Source: an uncultured Pseudomonadales bacterium
GTDB lineage: Bacteria; Patescibacteriota; Microgenomatia; UBA1400; PJMF01
DNA length: 64,000 bases
Direction of reading: 5' to 3'
Assembly (NCBI GenBank): GCA_964607285.1
Contig: CAZSJW010000003.1
Coordinates: 6,094 to 70,093, forward strand
The notes beneath the pieces are model-generated. The model did not search any database. It had not been told where the DNA came from and was given only the letters and a program-made list of their open reading frames with translations. Positions 58,124-64,000 of this stretch are shown piece by piece (the stretch's first letter is position 1; the number at the start of each line of letters is the position of its first letter). The translations under genes were made by a program, and so were the position numbers.

Positions 58124-58167
58124 AAAGAACCTTACATAAACCGTAACTTAGCCATGAACTAGCAAAA

Positions 58168-60087
58168 CTACTCACCTTCAGTGGATACGTCTCTACCTTT
58201 TGGAGGCTCGAAAGCTTCCCCTTGAATCCAATCTACTATCGCTTTGGCGATTGGTGCAGCATCTCTAGAGCCTTCTTTGTATGGCTGAGCTTCATCACTC
58301 TCCACTAGTACTGTAATGCCAATTTTTTTGGGAAAATCTTCAGCGTGCTTCTGCCAGACGTGCCGCAACTCAATCCACGAACTTTTGTTTTGTGCTACAT
58401 CACTAACTGCGGCCTCAGCACTCATAGATGCTATCTCTTCTTCAGTAGACGCATTGAATACATCAGGAAGTGTCACATTGGCAACAAACCAACCGTGTGT
58501 ATTTCTGTATCCTCTACCATCTGCTATACCAAACTCTGCTGTACCCGTCTTACAAGCTACCGCACCCTTCTCCAGTTCCTCGTAAGCAGTCAAATCTGGT
58601 TGTCGCCTCGACTCATTGAATGAGAAAAACGGAAACGCTGTTCCTCCTGGACTGCAAGCAGCTAACATACCTTTGAGTACTAACTCAAGGTGGTTTTCTG
58701 CGATACCTAGTTCGCTACACACAGTAGTCGCTGTCTCATGACTAAGTTGGCCGTCCGCAACTAAGTGAGGATTACACACTCTACCTTTATTTCCGATTAG
58801 CTGATTTAGCTGTGCAATTTGCAATGGTGTGACCAACACATCTCCCTGGCCAATTCCAAAGTGATACGTATTCCCAAGATACCATTGCTCACCTATAGTC
58901 TGCTCTTTCCAAATTGGGTCAGGAACTGTCCCCACTGCTTCTCCTGCTAACTCTATCCCAGTAGCTTTACCAAATCCAAACAATGTTGAAAATTCTGCTA
59001 GTGCTGTTGGCCCCACCCACTCTGCTGCTTTATAAAAATAAATATCATTGCTCCTAGCTAAAGCTTTTTCCAAGCTGATAACACCCTCAGTGCGGCCATA
59101 TTGAGTAAAGTACCAGTTTGCATACTTATACTCGCCCACTGTTAATTCTCCTTCATCTTGCACTGATGTATGAGCATCTACAGAACCTTGTTCAAGTGCA
59201 GCCAATGCCGTAACAATTTTGAACACAGAGCCTGGTGGATACGTACCGCTCACAGCACGATTAAAAAAAAGTTTTTGTGGATGAGTAAAGTACTGCAGCA
59301 CAGTCTCCCTTCTAGATTTTTCTTTCGTCATGTCCTGCTCATGTTCTGACATCTTTGAAGCAGAGAATGCTGGACTGCTCACTAAGCTTAAAATATCTCC
59401 ATTTGTAGTATCAGTTATGATCACTACCCCACGCTGCTCACCAAGTGCCTGGTATGCAATTTCCGACAAATATGGATCGATTGTTGTTTTCAATGACTGT
59501 CCTGGCTGAGCTGCAACCTCTTGCAAAATCCGTTGAGGTTCTCCCAAAGCATTAACTTCATACAATACTTCGCCTTGAATTCCTCTTAGACGTTCATCAA
59601 GCGTCTTCTCCAAACCTGCCTTCCCTACAACATCTGATGGCGTAAGCACTCTATTTGCCAATAGCTCTTCAGCGGTAGGTGCACCAACGTATCCAACTAC
59701 ATGCGCAGTAGACTCTGGAAAAAGATACCGACGATCAAGCTGATACGCAATTGAACCAGAGCTAGTTGCCATAGCTTGTAGAACCATGTCACCAGGTAGA
59801 AACTCTTGTCCAAGTTTATCTCCTCTTGAATTCACAGAATAGTACTTAGGAATATTACTTACCAGTAAACCACCATACCTATCAAACAAAACCCCTCTTT
59901 CTCGTGGAGAATACCTTGTTGCGTACCGATTCGCATCAGCCAAACTTCTATACACAGTTGCTCTGACCACCTGGAGATCAATGACCCGAACCAGCAGACT
60001 TGAAAAGCCAACAATAATACCCAAAAATAGAATGAAGGATCTGCTAATCACTCTGTGCAGTGGGGCAGCATTTGTTTGTTTTTTCAT
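58168..60087 (-). CDS. mrdA: penicillin-binding protein 2
   Basis: RG.LFDR.G, GKAGLE, YPPGSVFK (SxxK), SNDIYFY, KTGTAE, downstream of mreCD. Confidence 0.92.
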   Translation of the reverse strand: MKKQTNAAPLHRVISRSFILFLGIIVGFSSLLVRVIDLQVVRATVYRSLADANRYATRYSPRERGVLFDRYGGLLVSNIPKYYSVNSRGDKLGQEFLPGDMVLQAMATSSGSIAYQLDRRYLFPESTAHVVGYVGAPTAEELLANRVLTPSDVVGKAGLEKTLDERLRGIQGEVLYEVNALGEPQRILQEVAAQPGQSLKTTIDPYLSEIAYQALGEQRGVVIITDTTNGDILSLVSSPAFSASKMSEHEQDMTKEKSRRETVLQYFTHPQKLFFNRAVSGTYPPGSVFKIVTALAALEQGSVDAHTSVQDEGELTVGEYKYANWYFTQYGRTEGVISLEKALARSNDIYFYKAAEWVGPTALAEFSTLFGFGKATGIELAGEAVGTVPDPIWKEQTIGEQWYLGNTYHFGIGQGDVLVTPLQIAQLNQLIGNKGRVCNPHLVADGQLSHETATTVCSELGIAENHLELVLKGMLAACSPGGTAFPFFSFNESRRQPDLTAYEELEKGAVACKTGTAEFGIADGRGYRNTHGWFVANVTLPDVFNASTEEEIASMSAEAAVSDVAQNKSSWIELRHVWQKHAEDFPKKIGITVLVESDEAQPYKEGSRDAAPIAKAIVDWIQGEAFEPPKGRDVSTEGE

Positions 60088-60094
60088 TTGGCGC

Positions 60095-60565
60095 TTACTT
60101 TAGTACAATCAATCTTGAGTTTCTCAGTGTCATACCATTTGTTTGGATATCTTTTCTCAAACGAACAAGACTGACAACAATCCAAACAACCAAAAGATAG
60201 AACGTTGCCACTACAGACATCTGTGTTGTTGTCACAACTACGAATAATACACTTAGACCCAGATACACAACTGATTGTACTATTGCAGCCAAAAAATTAC
60301 CCAAAAACGTGAATCTGAACCCATACAAACTGACTGCAAAACATATGCATACTGTTGCTATATACAATGGTGTAGCAAACACTGTTGCTAAAAGAATTGT
60401 GCAAAAAATGTAAAAAATGGTGCGCTCTACTACTCGCTGTGACCAAAAAAATATTGGCACTACTAGGAGAAAAAGAACAGGTATACCTATTGCACGTTCA
60501 AACACGACAATACAAACACTGCAGATTGTGTAGAACAGCAAGAACATGATTCTGTGTATCACCAT
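60095..60565 (-). CDS. integral membrane protein, positional MreD equivalent
   Basis: Very hydrophobic 156 aa between mreC and mrdA. Confidence 0.6.
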   Translation of the reverse strand: MVIHRIMFLLFYTICSVCIVVFERAIGIPVLFLLVVPIFFWSQRVVERTIFYIFCTILLATVFATPLYIATVCICFAVSLYGFRFTFLGNFLAAIVQSVVYLGLSVLFVVVTTTQMSVVATFYLLVVWIVVSLVRLRKDIQTNGMTLRNSRLIVLK

Positions 60566-61356
60566 ATTTCAACAAGTGCTACTTCATACAAAGAAATTGG
60601 TTGATCAATAACACCACTTAAAGTTGGAGATGAAGGTCTGGAATCGACAGTACGTACAGTACCAATTAACAAGCCTGATTGAATCCCCTCTTGCCCTGCG
60701 GAAACAACCCTATCTCCTATTTCAAGGGTAGAATCACGAGAGACTTCACGAATAATAACTTGCTTTCCTTTTCCATGTAATAATCCAACACCTCCTTGCT
60801 CGGTTTTCACTAGTATTGGTCGATCTAGAGGTATTTGCTGAAGTGAGGTAATTTTGGCTTGGTGCGCTGTAACTTCCTCAATTATTCCAACTAACACAGT
60901 ATTCGCTAATACAAGTGATCCATTTTGAACACCATCGGCACTGCCAGCACTGACAAACGATCCATCAGCAGTCAGTATCGGGGCACTTATGAGTCGATCG
61001 TAGTTTGCTGGCATGTGGTTTTTAAAAGTCTCACGCAACATACTGTTCTCTGCAACAACTCCTTCCAACTCAGTAATTTTCACCAGGGCTGTGGCATATC
61101 GACGCTGTAGCTCCAGATATTCAACCGCATCTACTCCACCAGTTGTAAGAACATAGAATGGTTCTTGCGCTGCTAACACTACTCTTGAAACTTGAGTAAT
61201 TATTGGAAGCAGTGTTCTCTCGCCAATTGTTCTCATAGGTAAAAACCACCCCAACCACTCAAAGCCAAACAGTGCAACTGAAAGTATCAAGCATTCATAG
61301 GGCACATGAACACTCAAACTCTGCTTCAAAAATGTGCTCCATTCATTTCTTCTCAT
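60559..61356 (-). CDS. mreC: rod shape-determining protein MreC
   Basis: TM, coiled coil ending ENSMLR, GSADGV..G..V…LVG, GDRVVSAG, GLLIG. Confidence 0.85.
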   Translation of the reverse strand: MRRNEWSTFLKQSLSVHVPYECLILSVALFGFEWLGWFLPMRTIGERTLLPIITQVSRVVLAAQEPFYVLTTGGVDAVEYLELQRRYATALVKITELEGVVAENSMLRETFKNHMPANYDRLISAPILTADGSFVSAGSADGVQNGSLVLANTVLVGIIEEVTAHQAKITSLQQIPLDRPILVKTEQGGVGLLHGKGKQVIIREVSRDSTLEIGDRVVSAGQEGIQSGLLIGTVRTVDSRPSSPTLSGVIDQPISLYEVALVEIW

Positions 61357-61373
61357 AGTAGCTCAACTTCAGC

Positions 61374-62390
61374 CTATTTTTTTGCGGTCTGTAGTAACTG
61401 CAATCCAGTACTCACTACAGCTTCGGGCTTTTCAAACAAAACTATTTCAGTATCAAGTGTATGAGATAAATACGTATCTAAGCCAGATACCATAGCTCCA
61501 CGGCCAAACAACCGAAGACCAGTACTATGGATATTAGTAAGCAACTCTGGTTCAAGGTCTTCAAGAAACAGCTTAATACCATCAGCTAGCGGCATTAAAA
61601 TCTTCTGCAATTCATCATGAAAAACTGCTTGTGAAACTAAAAGCGTTTTGCTTGTAGATGTTGCTACATCCACTGCCTTCACAGAAACTTTTATATTTTT
61701 ACGAGCCTCTGTCTTCTGTCCATCAATCACACTAGTACAATCAATAAGTGTTTGTAAGATTTGCTCGATCACACGCTCGCTAACTATGCACTCATACTCT
61801 CGCAGAATCACCCTGCGGATCATATCGTGCAGCCAAGATACACCCCACTCAATTTCTGTTGTAGAAATTACACCAGATCCTGAATACACTGATATCTCAA
61901 CCCAGTCCATGTTAACCATGCATCCACAAAAAGGAGATGGAATGTTTAGTTGTTGAGCAACAGTAATCAGTGCATCTGCAACTGCTGTTGCTTGCAACCG
62001 ACCAAGACCTACAACAGAATACACTTTTTTGAAAGTATGCAGCTCGGCTGGTGACACACTAGTCGGATGGGAGTATCTGCCTCCATATCCTATCAGCTTG
62101 CCTAACAACCCAATTTGCGCATCTGCCCTCTGCAGTAAACTCTGTAAAAAAAGCTGTGCCGAAACTGGCTCTGCTACCCGACCAGCACGAATAGGCCAAC
62201 TAATCTTCAATGAATCCTGTCCGCTGTGTTTGAGTGCCTGTGCTTCTTGACCAATGGCCACTACTACATTTGAACCTGGATAGTAAGCTATACAAGTTAC
62301 TTCATTGAAAACCTCAACAGAGTCAATAGCAACCACAGTTCTTTCAGAACCAGAATCAATAAAAATATCCTGAGCAAACCATACTCTCAT
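61374..62390 (-). CDS. mreB: divergent MreB-like actin homologue
   Basis: DIFIDSGS, AIGQEA, PIRAGRV, PELLTNIH..GL.LFGRGAM..GLD, first gene of mreC-mreD-mrdA. Confidence 0.75.
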   Translation of the reverse strand: MRVWFAQDIFIDSGSERTVVAIDSVEVFNEVTCIAYYPGSNVVVAIGQEAQALKHSGQDSLKISWPIRAGRVAEPVSAQLFLQSLLQRADAQIGLLGKLIGYGGRYSHPTSVSPAELHTFKKVYSVVGLGRLQATAVADALITVAQQLNIPSPFCGCMVNMDWVEISVYSGSGVISTTEIEWGVSWLHDMIRRVILREYECIVSERVIEQILQTLIDCTSVIDGQKTEARKNIKVSVKAVDVATSTSKTLLVSQAVFHDELQKILMPLADGIKLFLEDLEPELLTNIHSTGLRLFGRGAMVSGLDTYLSHTLDTEIVLFEKPEAVVSTGLQLLQTAKK

Positions 62391-62439
62391 GAGCCTACTA
62401 TACCATGGGTTACATTACCAAGATGACAAGCTGTTGCTC

Positions 62440-62955
62440 CTACAATGCGTTAAGCACGGCAGCGGCACTTGCCCACTTGTCTTGCTGCATTAGGTTAGTT
62501 GCATCATCTATTCTTGACAACTTATCTGCTGAACCATTGTGATAATCACGCATGCCCGACACTCGTTCCTTAAATAGATCTGCTTTAAGCTCAAGTGCTT
62601 TTTCAAGCATTATTTCTTCTAAATCAGGGACTAATTTCTCCAGATATTCAATAATTTTTTCTTGTTTTTCAAGTTCAGAGGAGTACTGCTGCTGAGTAAT
62701 TTTGCTCAACTCAGTATTTTCTTCAGTTGTCAGAAGAACTTTAACGTCATTTTCAATAAAGTCTTCCCAAATTACTTGCTGTAATTCATCTAGAAATGAC
62801 TCTTTCTCTTGATCTGTTCCATCAGTAACTCCAAGTAACACAAAAATGTTTTGATCTTCAAGTGATTCAGGTTGACTATGAATTTGTGAGGAACTTGGCG
62901 AGGAAATCACTGTGTCGTTGACGGATTGCATTGGGGATTGGGCAGCCATATCCAT
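62440..62955 (-). CDS. acidic helical hypothetical protein
   Basis: 171-aa ORF with AGGAG RBS. Confidence 0.7.
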   Translation of the reverse strand: MDMAAQSPMQSVNDTVISSPSSSQIHSQPESLEDQNIFVLLGVTDGTDQEKESFLDELQQVIWEDFIENDVKVLLTTEENTELSKITQQQYSSELEKQEKIIEYLEKLVPDLEEIMLEKALELKADLFKERVSGMRDYHNGSADKLSRIDDATNLMQQDKWASAAAVLNAL

Positions 62956-63044
62956 ATTTACTCCTGTTCTCTGGTACGAGTACTGTTTGTTTCCAGAATG
63001 GAATGCAGTTTTGCATTCCTATGTACTATACTACCATAGTTGGT

Positions 63045-64000
63045 ATGACTGGCAAGCATTTACACTATATCACTTTAGTCTGTTTTCATCTCTTAGTTGC
63101 GGTGGTGCCCTTGTACTTTCGTTTTACTACAGAGGAATTGTTTGAGTTTAACAAACTCATACTTGTATACGCTCTCACCGCAATCATTACAGGCCTATGG
63201 GTAACGCAACTAGTCATGGGGAAAGTTCACTTGAAACGTACTCCCTTTGATATTCCAATTGCATTATTCTTTTGCTCTCAAGTATTATCTACTTTATTTT
63301 CTATTCACCCCAGAACATCATGGCTAGGGTACTACACCCGATTCCATGGAGGCTTACTTTCCTATAGTGCATATATCCTTCTTTACTATGCCGCAGTACA
63401 TATTGTAAAGAAAAAGCAGATATTGCCACTACTCATTACAACTCTTGCCTCTGCGGGATTAGTCTCTCTGTATGGCATACTCGAGCACTTTGGACACTCT
63501 GCTAGCTGCCTACTCATTACTGATGGGGCGGCATTTGATGTCAATTGTTGGATTCAAGATGTACAGTCTCGTGTCTTTGCTACCTTCGGGCAACCAAACT
63601 GGCTAGCAGCATATGCAATCATGGTCTGGCCAATTGCAGCGTGGCTAAGTTTTGCATTTAAACGTACCTATGTTTTTATGGGATTTGCGGGTACAATCTG
63701 GACACTCCTAACTTTGGTAATCGTCTACACCAAATCCAGATCAGGTTTTCTTGGACTATTGGGAGGAATAGGATTAATACTGTTCTTCACAATTCTGCGA
63801 ATAATTTGGAAAAAATATACACAACATGCAATATCAAATAGTAAGACTGCAACAGCATGGCAGTATTTAGTAATTGGGCTGATACTACAGACTACTGTCA
63901 TTCTCTTTACTGGCACTCCTTTTACACCTTCCATTAGTACAGTACTCAAACCACAACGAGCACCTTCGGTCACAGAGCAAGCAGTTCCACAATCTCCTGT
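63045..64000 (+). CDS. O-antigen ligase/Wzy-like membrane glycosyltransferase, partial (runs off window)
   Basis: Missing from the ORF track because it has no stop in the window. Translated by hand: MTGKHLH…EELFEFNK…RVFATFGQPNWLAAY…TKSRSGFLGL, multi-TM. Confidence 0.85.
   Translation, partial: MTGKHLHYITLVCFHLLVAVVPLYFRFTTEELFEFNKLILVYALTAIITGLWVTQLVMGKVHLKRTPFDIPIALFFCSQVLSTLFSIHPRTSWLGYYTRFHGGLLSYSAYILLYYAAVHIVKKKQILPLLITTLASAGLVSLYGILEHFGHSASCLLITDGAAFDVNCWIQDVQSRVFATFGQPNWLAAYAIMVWPIAAWLSFAFKRTYVFMGFAGTIWTLLTLVIVYTKSRSGFLGLLGGIGLILFFTILRIIWKKYTQHAISNSKTATAWQYLVIGLILQTTVILFTGTPFTPSISTVLKPQRAPSVTEQAVPQSP

Noticed and set aside
63001-63019. GAATGCA-GTTT-TGCATTC hairpin in the divergent intergenic region
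   Set aside because: It is short, has no T-tract and has no second copy that I could find, so its function cannot be supported.
1-64000. CRISPR array, transposase/integrase, prophage, rRNA or self-splicing intron
   Set aside because: No regularly spaced repeats, recombinase or phage motifs, or rRNA-like sequence were seen, and the conserved genes are uninterrupted.

Overview
A gene-dense 64-kb bacterial chromosome segment read with the standard genetic code. By inference it comes from a Patescibacteria/CPR organism of Microgenomates type, based on the reduced biosynthetic gene set, the type IV pilus locus, the very short intergenic spaces and the many apparently leaderless genes. Housekeeping genes include dnaB, hisS, glmS, rpmE-prfA, rpsF-ssb-rpsR, ychF, cysS, hpf, recR-tmk, a dTTP cluster (dut, folA, dCMP deaminase, thyA), nadD, topA-dprA, mreB/C/D-mrdA and two tRNAs. 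Five observations stand out. (1) A four-gene module is inserted in the middle of the type IV pilus operon. It comprises a LuxI/N-acyl-amino-acid-synthase-like protein, a Rv1355c/MoeY-type ThiF enzyme, a 7TM-GAF histidine kinase and a stand-alone receiver, and is a candidate make-and-sense signalling system. (2) A His-codon leader-peptide attenuator behind a perfect sigma70 promoter controls a CntK-like histidine racemase homologue (first catalytic Cys replaced by Ser) coupled to hisS. (3) A glmS ribozyme carries two extra hairpins. (4) A 2058-aa protein fuses an HExxH peptidase motif to an ABC1/UbiB kinase. (5) A second candidate uORF/terminator attenuator lies upstream of hpf. All family assignments come from motif recognition by eye, and no searches were run.
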